Below, in pieces: positions 48,001 through 55,324 of a DNA stretch of 64,000 nt. The position numbers were made by a program, and so were the translations under genes. The stretch's first letter is position 1; each line of letters begins with the position of its first letter. The DNA lies in assembly GCA_026396995.1 (NCBI GenBank), contig JAPLVS010000045.1, forward strand, positions 31,519 through 95,518, read 5' to 3'. Source of the DNA: Candidatus Iainarchaeum sp. Its GTDB lineage: Archaea; Iainarchaeota; Iainarchaeia; Iainarchaeales; DTGL01. Under the pieces are notes generated by a model. The model was not told the origin of the DNA, did no database searches, and worked only from the letters and a program-made list of their open reading frames with translations.

Positions 48001-50989
48001 AACAATAAAACTGGAAGCGCTGACAGATGTCGAATCTGACGCGCTCGAAATAATAATGCCGGTATTCCCCTGGGGCATAAAGGAATTCGAGACGGTTTCA
48101 GGGGAAATAAGCGGTGCAACAAAAGAAATAACGATAGAGATTCCTGAGGAAACAGACAGGGAAGCCGACAAGCTGATAATAAAATTGAGCCCTACACTCG
48201 CGGCATCTGTTGTCGATTCATTGGATTACCTTACAGGCTACCCTTACGGCTGCGTCGAACAGACAATGTCAAAGTTTTTGCCTGACGTAGTTGTTTCGGA
48301 AACATTGGGCGAATTGAACCTTGACAACGAAAAAATTTCAAAGGATTTGCCTGACATGGTCGACAAGGGGCTGCAAAGGCTTTATTCTTTCCAGCACGCG
48401 GACGGCGGCTGGGGCTGGTGGGAAAACGATGAATCACAGCCTTTCATGACCGCTTACGCGATGTACGGCCTCACGCTGGCAAAAAAAGCAGGATTTAACG
48501 TAGAGGAAAGCGTGATTGAAAAAGGCCTCCAGGCAATGAGGGACAAATTCCATTCGGCAGGCACAAAAGGCTATGCCGACGAATACGATTCGCAGGCAGA
48601 AAAAGACTTGGAAGTGCAGGCATTCATGTCCTATGTGCTTTACCTCAACGGCGACAGCAAATTCGTGGGAGAGATTGAGGGCAAGGCAGGCGAAATGAGC
48701 GATTACGGCCTTGCGCTTCTCGCGCTCCAGGCAGAATCGAAAGAAGAGGCGCAGCCTTTCCTTGACTCGCTCGGCAAGAATGCAGCCTGCGACGCAACAT
48801 TCTGCTCCTGGCAGGGCAAAAGCTGGAGGCACTATTGGAGCGAAAGGGACATGGAGTCAACAGCGATGGTGCTGAAGGCGTTCGTGAAATGGCAGCCTGA
48901 AAGCGAACAGGCAAGGAAGGCAGTCGCATGGCTCATGAGCCAAAAGCAGTACAACCACTGGAATTCAACGCAGGACACTGCGACCGCAATAATGGCAATA
49001 ACAGATTACCTGAAATATTCAGGGGAATTGGACCCTGACTTCACAGCCAAAGTATACATAAACAACGAACTCAAAAAGGAATTCTCTGTCACAAAAGAAA
49101 ACCTGATGAGCACAGACGGAGACCTGACAATAGAGGTTCCGGAAAAGCAGAGCAACATCAGGATTGAAATGACAGGAAAAGGAAAGCTCTATTATTCGAT
49201 AACAAAAGAATACTTCGCGAAACAGGAAAAAATCGAAGCGAAAAGCAACGGCATCAAAATCACAAGGGAAGTGAAAAATGCCCTTGACATAGGCGAAGAG
49301 GCAACAGTGAAACTGACAATAGATGCGGACAAGGAATACGACTATGTCATTGTGGAGGACTTCCTGCCTGCCGGCGTTTCAATCGTTGATACCTGGCAGC
49401 GCAACACCTACGGGCACTATTACTGGGACTGGATGCCGTACTGGTATTCGAGGCTTGAAGCGCGCGACGAAAAGGCAGTGTTTTTCTTCGACAGCCTGCA
49501 GCAAGGCAAAACCGAACTCGAATACACGATAAGGGGCGAGGTTTCAGGCGCATTCAGGCACCTGCCTGCGCAGGCCTATTCCATGTACAATCCTGAAATC
49601 AACGGCCATTCTGAAGGAGGCAATTTCACTGTCACAACAGAAAAATCTTTCTCGCTGCCGAAACTCGAAGTGCACGACGACTACATATGGATTTACCCGA
49701 GACCGATTCCGATGGGTGCTGAAGTCAAGGCAACAGTCCTTGATGCTTCAGGCAAAGCCGTTGCATCGGCTTCAGGCCAGGCAAGCGAAGGAAAAATAGC
49801 GATTCCTTTGTCCGCAGGCCTCGCAAACGGAACCTATTCTGTCAGCGTTTCAACAGGGAGCGGAACTGCCACAAAGGACTTCCAGGTCGGCACTGTGGAA
49901 ATAAAGAAAGCAGAGCTTGCCTCGGCAACCTACACAAACGATCTCCTGGAAAGGACTGCACAGTCAGCATTCTCAAATCCCGCACAGGCAATGTGCACCT
50001 CGACAGGCGGCTCATGGAACGGCCGGTGCTCGTGCCCTTCAGGCTCGTACTGGCTTTTCGGCATAGGATGCCTTGCAAAAGGCGCCGGCATCGGGGGAAC
50101 GGCAGTTGAAAGCCTTTACCTTATTGCCTGCGCATTCCTATACTCCTTGCAGCCGATTTTCATCAAGGCGGCGCTCCCTTTTCTGACCCAATTCCAGATG
50201 TACGCTTTCCGCTGCGTTGGAACCCTGTTTGTGTTCCTTCCGCTCGCATTCCATTACAGGGAAAAGGTGCGCTCCGAGCTCAGGCAGTGGAAAAAATTCA
50301 TTGTTCCAGTAATAACAATCACCGGGGCAATGATGCTGTTTGTGGCAGGGATTTATCTTGCGGAAAACGCGACAGTCATGGCCCTGATAGCAAAATCCAA
50401 CCTTGTGTTCACGGCAATCCTGACAGTAATATTCTTTGCAGAGGAAAGGAGGGTGCTTTCCTCCAAAAGATTCATTGCCGGCGTCCTTTTGGCTTCAATC
50501 GGGGTAATCGGGGTCATCACGGCAGGGAAAGACTTGCCGCTCACATTCGGGATTGGCGCAATACTCATCCTGGTATCGCAGGTCTTCTGGAGCGCTTACT
50601 CGGTTTCACTGAAAGGATTGATAAAAAACAACAGCAGGCTTGAGGCATTGTGCGTGATTGTGCCGATGGCATTCCTTGTATCCGTGCCGTTTGCAGGCTA
50701 TGAAATCGCTGCCACAAACCCGCAAATAAACCCAATCTTTCTCCTGATACCGGTTGCAGCAGGAATGGCGCTCGGCCTTGCAAATATCTTTGAATTCAAG
50801 TCAATAGAAACCAAGGGCCTGATGATAACATACGCTTTCACGCTTATCAACCCGCTCCTCACAGGCTTAATCGCCTTCTTCATATTTCAGGAAACAATAT
50901 CAATCGCGCAGGCGGCCTTTGCTGCAGTCCTGATTGCAGGCGCACTGCTGATACTTAAATGCGAATGCATCGAAACCGAGGGCGACTGA
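45089..50989 (+). CDS. Alpha-2-macroglobulin-family thioester-containing protein fused to C-terminal EamA/DMT-type 10-TM transporter-like domain (1966 aa)
   Basis: Signal peptide MKKTLSLLVFLAIILVPATAAA; thioester motif LTGYPYGCVEQTMSKFLPD at nt ~48251..48262, followed by the W-rich block HADGGWGWWEND; beta-rich N-terminal 1000 aa consistent with MG domains; residues ~1680..1966 form ~10 TM helices in two EamA-like halves. Confidence 0.8.
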   Translation: MGDSMKKTLSLLVFLAIILVPATAAAMMQTGTAAAVPVANTGVQAEEGKGGVAPDYYNRYFYISISDKFMLGDKVEAQLCGSGLATVELYRFEDFSAIFDRYNYGMNDTSDFMKGEKPFKTLTVQLGNGQDCQKADLQIEQAGLYFIKGYSTESDQKPTAFFSVEEIAFMAKESPEKIVFYAVDIKTGKPISGAEIKLLQQKTPTTPEQKPEATETSLGFTNDLGLFEWQQEKPASTDYYQRLFIAKKDNSFAYVQSYYYGGESAERKQVYLFTDRPIYRPNQEVHFKGIVWETSTGKNAAVASKTLSVTIRDSKWNEVFKSDFTTNEFGSFEGSFNLADEPPLGQYYIDAAISKPGEAEAGYYSTSASFQVQEYLKPEFEVTVNPSKDVFIGGEKARVEIKAEYLFKAPVQDAKVMYRVYSSYYQSPCYGYWKCVYYDEVAVSPYSSYRSYPYYGGQELVTEGETTTDSEGKAFLEFDTNADREKRYQIEATVVDESNREVKGTGQITVAPAMFRLTVMPDKWWYAENEEVVLKITAADFEGAAAETSATVKVFSLNWNSTSSDYEHTLVKEETASTSEGKAEIRLSLPTGNYAVEASAQDSKGNTVKAENSFSVSSYESESKVKEIEAALDRDFYLPGEQAVLTITMPEPGFYALISVEGRGMYQYEAVYSAENRLSYIIPVSTDYEPNAFVSVTGVQGGKVFNKQLSLNVPPKEKKIDLSIETDAEYYRPGDKAHYIVKATSDGQPVEAEFAVMLVDEAIYQLAQDNKEDIFKFFFAPEYNRVNTQWSIGGYYGGYYGINEMAKGGGGAVPMATPTTQADNAARDGGTAYAAAEIRKTFSDTAFWKAFLKTDSTGTAEFDVDLPDNLTTWRATVIANSETKAGAQEGKIAVTKDLLARLILPRFAVKGDEFTVTAIVHNSLPEMKNVLVKIESDNLEFPDGNTIEITVASGKSEKAEFKAIAKKCCSATIKLEALTDVESDALEIIMPVFPWGIKEFETVSGEISGATKEITIEIPEETDREADKLIIKLSPTLAASVVDSLDYLTGYPYGCVEQTMSKFLPDVVVSETLGELNLDNEKISKDLPDMVDKGLQRLYSFQHADGGWGWWENDESQPFMTAYAMYGLTLAKKAGFNVEESVIEKGLQAMRDKFHSAGTKGYADEYDSQAEKDLEVQAFMSYVLYLNGDSKFVGEIEGKAGEMSDYGLALLALQAESKEEAQPFLDSLGKNAACDATFCSWQGKSWRHYWSERDMESTAMVLKAFVKWQPESEQARKAVAWLMSQKQYNHWNSTQDTATAIMAITDYLKYSGELDPDFTAKVYINNELKKEFSVTKENLMSTDGDLTIEVPEKQSNIRIEMTGKGKLYYSITKEYFAKQEKIEAKSNGIKITREVKNALDIGEEATVKLTIDADKEYDYVIVEDFLPAGVSIVDTWQRNTYGHYYWDWMPYWYSRLEARDEKAVFFFDSLQQGKTELEYTIRGEVSGAFRHLPAQAYSMYNPEINGHSEGGNFTVTTEKSFSLPKLEVHDDYIWIYPRPIPMGAEVKATVLDASGKAVASASGQASEGKIAIPLSAGLANGTYSVSVSTGSGTATKDFQVGTVEIKKAELASATYTNDLLERTAQSAFSNPAQAMCTSTGGSWNGRCSCPSGSYWLFGIGCLAKGAGIGGTAVESLYLIACAFLYSLQPIFIKAALPFLTQFQMYAFRCVGTLFVFLPLAFHYREKVRSELRQWKKFIVPVITITGAMMLFVAGIYLAENATVMALIAKSNLVFTAILTVIFFAEERRVLSSKRFIAGVLLASIGVIGVITAGKDLPLTFGIGAILILVSQVFWSAYSVSLKGLIKNNSRLEALCVIVPMAFLVSVPFAGYEIAATNPQINPIFLLIPVAAGMALGLANIFEFKSIETKGLMITYAFTLINPLLTGLIAFFIFQETISIAQAAFAAVLIAGALLILKCECIETEGD

Positions 50990-51058
50990 ACCCCCGGACC
51001 AAAAAGCATTTAAACAATAATGCCTATTTATTAATAATAATTATCACTAAGTGATTGG

Positions 51059-51445
51059 ATGAACAGGGCAAGGAACACAGTGCAATTGCAGAAAATCCGC
51101 GAATACCTCTCCGGGGTAAAATCGCACCCGAATGCGGAAACAGTGTTCAATGCCGTGAAGAAAGGAATCCCTTCGGTGACGCTTGCAACAGTTTACAGGA
51201 ACCTCAACAAGCTCGCGGACAGCGGGGAAATACTGCGCCTGGAAGTGAACGGCGAATATCGGTTCGATGCAGACAAAAGCATGCACCAGCACGCGGTTTG
51301 CACCGAATGCGGCGGCATCCTCGACTTTATGGATGTGAAACTAGGCGAAGAGATGCTGAAAAAATTCAAGTCAAAGGAATTCATGGCAGAAAAAGTGAAG
51401 ATTTTCTACGAGGGGAAATGCAGGAAATGCAGTTCAAAAAAATAG
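51059..51445 (+). CDS. Fur-family metalloregulator (PerR/Zur-like)
   Basis: wHTH N-terminus, HQHAVCTECGG and C-terminal CRKC metal sites. Confidence 0.8.
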   Translation: MNRARNTVQLQKIREYLSGVKSHPNAETVFNAVKKGIPSVTLATVYRNLNKLADSGEILRLEVNGEYRFDADKSMHQHAVCTECGGILDFMDVKLGEEMLKKFKSKEFMAEKVKIFYEGKCRKCSSKK

Positions 51446-51457
51446 GGGGTTGTTTTT

Positions 51458-51982
51458 ATGGAAGCGAAATTGTGGGTTTGTGAAATTTGCGGCGACCCGT
51501 ACATAGGCTATGCGCCGCCGACAGCTTGCCCTTTCTGCGGGGCGAGAGGCCGCTATATCAAGGAATTCAGGGACGCAAAGGTTGAATTTGATGTGAAACT
51601 CAACGAAAAGGACAGGGCGAATGCCGAGCACGCGCTCCAGGTCGAAGTCAGCAATTCCACGTTTTATTTCTGCGCTGCCGAAAAGACGCCTGATGCGGAA
51701 GCAAAAAAATTGTTCAAGGCATTGGGGAAAGTCGAGGCAGAGCACGCAGTGATCTGGAAAAAACTGCTCAAATTGAAGGAAATCCCGAAAGGCACAGATG
51801 AATGCGCCGAAAATTACATGAAAAATTTGCAGGACTCACACGCAAGGGAAACCCGCGCAATAGAATTTTACCGCAGCGCGGCAAAGGAAGCCGCGAATGC
51901 GCGCGTTAAGCAGGTTTTCGAGGCTTTGGTCGAAGTGGAAACAGACCACCTGCAGCTGTCTGAAGCGAGGGGAGCCAAATGA
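51458..51982 (+). CDS. Rubrerythrin with N-terminal rubredoxin-like domain (reverse rubrerythrin)
   Basis: N-terminal CEICG...CPFCG rubredoxin-like Cys4, then ferritin-like ExxH diiron helices (AEHALQ, EAEHAVI, ETDHLQ). Confidence 0.85.
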   Translation: MEAKLWVCEICGDPYIGYAPPTACPFCGARGRYIKEFRDAKVEFDVKLNEKDRANAEHALQVEVSNSTFYFCAAEKTPDAEAKKLFKALGKVEAEHAVIWKKLLKLKEIPKGTDECAENYMKNLQDSHARETRAIEFYRSAAKEAANARVKQVFEALVEVETDHLQLSEARGAK

Positions 51983-52128
51983 AGGGAAAATGCGAAAAGA
52001 AGACTGAAGTGTATTCCAGGGTATGCGGCTATTTCAGGCCGGTGGATAATTGGAATACAGGCAAGAGGCAGGAATTCAGCGACAGGAAGGAATATAATGA
52101 AGAAAAGGCGCTGAAAAAAGCGAGTTAA
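51979..52128 (+). CDS. Stand-alone 49-aa glycyl-radical peptide homologous to NrdD C-terminus (putative spare glycyl radical cofactor)
   Basis: MKGKCEKKTEVYSRVCGYFRPVDNWNTGKRQEFSDRKEYNEEKALKKAS; canonical RVCGY glycyl-radical loop; ATGA overlap with rubrerythrin stop and GGGGGG RBS before next gene; not in ORF table because <60 aa. Confidence 0.6.
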   Translation: MKGKCEKKTEVYSRVCGYFRPVDNWNTGKRQEFSDRKEYNEEKALKKAS

Positions 52129-52134
52129 GGGGGG

Positions 52135-52665
52135 ATGCCAATGACCGGAAAAAACAAAAACTGCGGAATTTCAATCACCAAGGACGGCCCTTATCTTGTT
52201 TCGGGAAGCCCGCCAATGAAAAAAGAAATCATTACAATTGGAAAGGAAGGCGAACCTGAAACATGGAAGAGCGGTGAAAAATTCGAAAAAAAGGAATCCT
52301 GCGCGCTCTGCAGGTGCGGCTCCTCTAACAGCAAGCCTTACTGCGACGGCACCCATGCCGGCGTGGGATTTGACGGCACTGAAATCGCAAGCAGAAAAAA
52401 ATATCTCGAACACGCCTCAAAATTTTCAGGCCCAGGCCTTGGTCTTACTGATGTGCAGGAATTGTGCGCTGCTGCAAGGTTCTGCCACCGCGGGGGCGGA
52501 ACATGGAAATTGGTTGAAAGGTCAGCGGACCCTAAACTGAAAAAGATTGCTGTTGAATCGGCCTGCAATTGCCCTTCGGGAAGGCTTGTGGCTTGGGACA
52601 AGAAAACAGGGAAGCCTATAGAGCATAAGTTTGAGCCTTCCATTGGGATGGCGACAAAAGCCTGA
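52135..52665 (+). CDS. CDGSH iron-sulfur domain protein
   Basis: CALCRCGSSNSKPYCDGTHAGV matches CxC-x-S-x3-P-x-CDG-(S/T)-H; second degenerate copy CNCPSGRL. Confidence 0.7.
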   Translation: MPMTGKNKNCGISITKDGPYLVSGSPPMKKEIITIGKEGEPETWKSGEKFEKKESCALCRCGSSNSKPYCDGTHAGVGFDGTEIASRKKYLEHASKFSGPGLGLTDVQELCAAARFCHRGGGTWKLVERSADPKLKKIAVESACNCPSGRLVAWDKKTGKPIEHKFEPSIGMATKA

Positions 52666-52749
52666 AGAAATGAGTAATGCTTTCGCTGCCTGAAGAAAGG
52701 AATACTAATACGGAAAGCCTAATTATTACAGCCTTATAATTATTGGGAA

Positions 52750-53085
52750 GTGGGAAAAATGGGCGGAAAGAATGCTCCGGGAACTAGGACAAACAAGAAA
52801 TACAATTCGCCTCAAAAAAAACTATTTTTGAGGAAGGGGAGGCCCAAGCGACCTGTACAGGTTTATGCCCCTCCAAAAAGGCGCAAGATTAAAATTGCGG
52901 GCGGAGCCATAATCAGGGTCGGCCCTGGTGAACTCGAAAGGCAGAGAATGGCAGAAAAAAGGGTAACCTCCAAGTATGAGCCAATAGTATCCCCCTATAG
53001 GCTCACGTCAGCGCAAATCAGCAGGGCAAATCAACTTGTTGCTGGTCATGCCAAGGCCGTACCGAGACCTAGACGGCCAAGGTAA
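52750..53085 (+). CDS. Small very basic hypothetical protein
   Basis: ORF; Lys/Arg/Pro-rich; ends adjacent to tRNA-Ser. Confidence 0.3.
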   Translation: MGKMGGKNAPGTRTNKKYNSPQKKLFLRKGRPKRPVQVYAPPKRRKIKIAGGAIIRVGPGELERQRMAEKRVTSKYEPIVSPYRLTSAQISRANQLVAGHAKAVPRPRRPR

Positions 53086-53095
53086 AAATAGGAAG

Positions 53096-53273
53096 CGCCG
53101 AGAGAGGGATTCGAACCCCCGCATGCTTGCGCATACCAGCTCTTTGGCCAGCTGCAGAGAAGTGACTGATATATTAATCAAACTTTTTCTTTTCTTTCCG
53201 CAACTCCCTGTTCAAGCTTGGCTTGAACAGGAGGATTCCAGACTGGCGCGTTAGACCGCTCCGCCATCTCGGC
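53096..53273 (-). tRNA. tRNA-Ser (anticodon GGA) interrupted by ~94-nt intron
   Basis: 5' exon GCCGAGATGGCGGAGCGGTCTAACGCGCCAGTCTGGAA (~53236..53273), 3' exon AGCTGG-TATGCGCAAGCATGC-GGGGGTTCGAATCCCTC-TCTCGGC-G (~53096..53141); acceptor stems fully complementary; Ser-type long D loop and variable hairpin; intron contains perfect 11-bp-stem hairpin cctgttcaagc-caa-gcttgaacagg. Confidence 0.7.
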
Positions 53274-53319
53274 TTACAATATTAATTAGTTTGGGGAGGG
53301 AATTTAAATTTGTTGCCTG

Positions 53320-53949
53320 CTAGAATTCCAGCAATTCAAGGGCCTTCCCGAGGTCCTTCTGGCTTACCACAAAAATCGTGTCAGTCCAGCACGAAGTGGT
53401 TTCAACAATGTTAATGCCGCGCTCCGCAAACAAGGAGTAAAGGAATGCCACAACGCCAGGCACGCTCTCAATCTCTTTCGGGCTTTTCAATGTGATTTCC
53501 ACCAATCCTTTCTGGCTTTTCACAATGAACGGCTTCAACGACGAAAGGCCTCCGAAGAATTCCTCGGAAGTGATGACTGTGAAGGTCGAAGTGCCCTTGA
53601 TGAGATGAAATGGTTCCCCGGCATCCTGGGCTTCCTTTTGCGACTGGAGCAAAACCTTCAGCGGCACAAGCGAGGAAAAAACCGCAGCATTCACCCGGCT
53701 TTTGATTTCAACCCTGCTTTTTTTCAGGAGCGCAAGGATTTCTTTCTTATCTGCCCCGCAGCCCTTAATCTTCTCTACATAACGCCGTGCCGCTACAATA
53801 AGCGCGTCATCGCTCGATTTGCTCCCTGTTTCGGATTTTATGAGGCGCGCGAGCGCGGAGTAATTCACAAGGCCTTTTTTCACTGCCGCTTTGACATAAG
53901 GCCTTTCTTCGATGAATTTTTCGGTTTCCTTCGAGGCGTTCATATGCAA
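53320..53949 (-). CDS. ACT-domain-containing protein (hypothetical regulatory)
   Basis: C-terminal VEITLKSPKEIESVPGVVAFLYSLFAERGINIVETTS ACT-like ligand-binding fold. Confidence 0.45.
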   Translation of the reverse strand: MHMNASKETEKFIEERPYVKAAVKKGLVNYSALARLIKSETGSKSSDDALIVAARRYVEKIKGCGADKKEILALLKKSRVEIKSRVNAAVFSSLVPLKVLLQSQKEAQDAGEPFHLIKGTSTFTVITSEEFFGGLSSLKPFIVKSQKGLVEITLKSPKEIESVPGVVAFLYSLFAERGINIVETTSCWTDTIFVVSQKDLGKALELLEF

Positions 53950-54073
53950 GATAATGGCAGGAAATGCTTAAATGTCTTATTTCGGACATTGCTTGTCTTT
54001 TTTGTCGGATTTCGGGCGTCAGGCTTTTATATTTCGTGCGATGCAGGTATTGAAAAGCGTTTTTGGTGGTCGC

Positions 54074-55324
54074 ATGGAATGGTTTGAAAAAACAAAAGAA
54101 GGAAACAGCGCTTCATATGAAGCCGACAGCCCGGAAAAGGTTCTGCTGCTATACTCGGGAGGTCTTGACACATCGGTGCTCCTGAAATTTATTCAGGAGG
54201 GGTACGATGCCGAGCTTTTCACGCTGACTGTTGATTTGGGGCAAAGCATTAATCTGGAAAAGATTAGGGCAAAAGCCCTGGCGCTCGGCGCAAAAAAGGC
54301 TTTTGTAGCCGACGCAAAAAAGGAATTTGCGGAGCAGCATATTTCTAAGGCGGTAAAGGCTAACGCGCTTTACCAGGGCAAATATCCTTTGAGCACAGCA
54401 ATCGGGCGGCCTTTGATTGCAAAACTCGCAGTGGAGATTGCGAAAAAGGAAGGGATTGACACGATTGCGCACGGCTGCACTGGCAAGGGCAACGACCAGG
54501 TGAGAATCGAAGCAGGCATCATTTCTTTGGCTCCAAAAATGAAAATTCTTGCGCCGGTGAGAGACTGGAACATGGCAAGAAACAAGGAACTGGAGTATGC
54601 GAAGGCCAAAGGCATTCCGGTAGCTGAAACCAAGGCAAAGCCTTATTCGACTGACGAAAACATGTGGGGCAAAAGCAGCGAGTGCGGTGCGCTCGAAGAC
54701 ACTTTCACCGAACCGCCGGAAAATGTTTTCGGCTTTTGCACCCTTCCTGAAAAGGCGCCTGACAAGCCTGAAATTGTGGAAATCGGTTTTGCCGAAGGGA
54801 TTCCTGTTTCGCTCAATGGGAAGGAACTGCCTTTGCAGGAACTTGTGATGGAATTGAATGGCATTGCAGGAAAGCACGGCGTTGGCATAATCGACCACAT
54901 GGAGGACAGAGTGGTGGGATTGAAGAGCCGCGAGGTGTACGAGTGCCCTGCAGCCACAGTGATTATAGAGGCGCACAAGGATTTGGAGAAAATGGCGAGC
55001 ACAGTGCACGAGAACCAGTTCAAGGAAATTGTTGACCAGAAATGGGCTTATCTTGTCTATCAGGGGCTTTGGTTCGACCCTTTGATGGATTCGCTGAATG
55101 CGTTCATTGAGGCGCAGAACAAAAAGGTGTGCGGAGCAGTGAAAGTGAAGCTTTACAAAGGCCACGCGCTTGTTGTCGGCAGGAAATCGCCTTTCGCGCT
55201 GTATGACAAGAGCCTTGCAACATATGATATCGGCCATACATTCAACCAGAAGGCTTCCTCCGGCTTCATCGAATTGTGGAGCCTGCAGTCGAAGATGGCA
55301 ATGCAGTTGAAGAAGGTGAAGTGA
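54074..55324 (+). CDS. argG: Argininosuccinate synthase
   Basis: PP-loop LLYSGGLDTS, conserved ArgG blocks; start trimmed to MEWFEK. Confidence 0.9.
   Translation: MEWFEKTKEGNSASYEADSPEKVLLLYSGGLDTSVLLKFIQEGYDAELFTLTVDLGQSINLEKIRAKALALGAKKAFVADAKKEFAEQHISKAVKANALYQGKYPLSTAIGRPLIAKLAVEIAKKEGIDTIAHGCTGKGNDQVRIEAGIISLAPKMKILAPVRDWNMARNKELEYAKAKGIPVAETKAKPYSTDENMWGKSSECGALEDTFTEPPENVFGFCTLPEKAPDKPEIVEIGFAEGIPVSLNGKELPLQELVMELNGIAGKHGVGIIDHMEDRVVGLKSREVYECPAATVIIEAHKDLEKMASTVHENQFKEIVDQKWAYLVYQGLWFDPLMDSLNAFIEAQNKKVCGAVKVKLYKGHALVVGRKSPFALYDKSLATYDIGHTFNQKASSGFIELWSLQSKMAMQLKKVK

Noticed and set aside
52750-53085. Ribosomal-protein identity for the small basic ORF
   Set aside because: Composition is basic, but I could not match it to any specific r-protein family from memory. 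Left as hypothetical.
54149-55237. 362-aa minus-strand ORF
   Set aside because: Antisense to argininosuccinate synthase, which has clear PP-loop and ArgG motifs.
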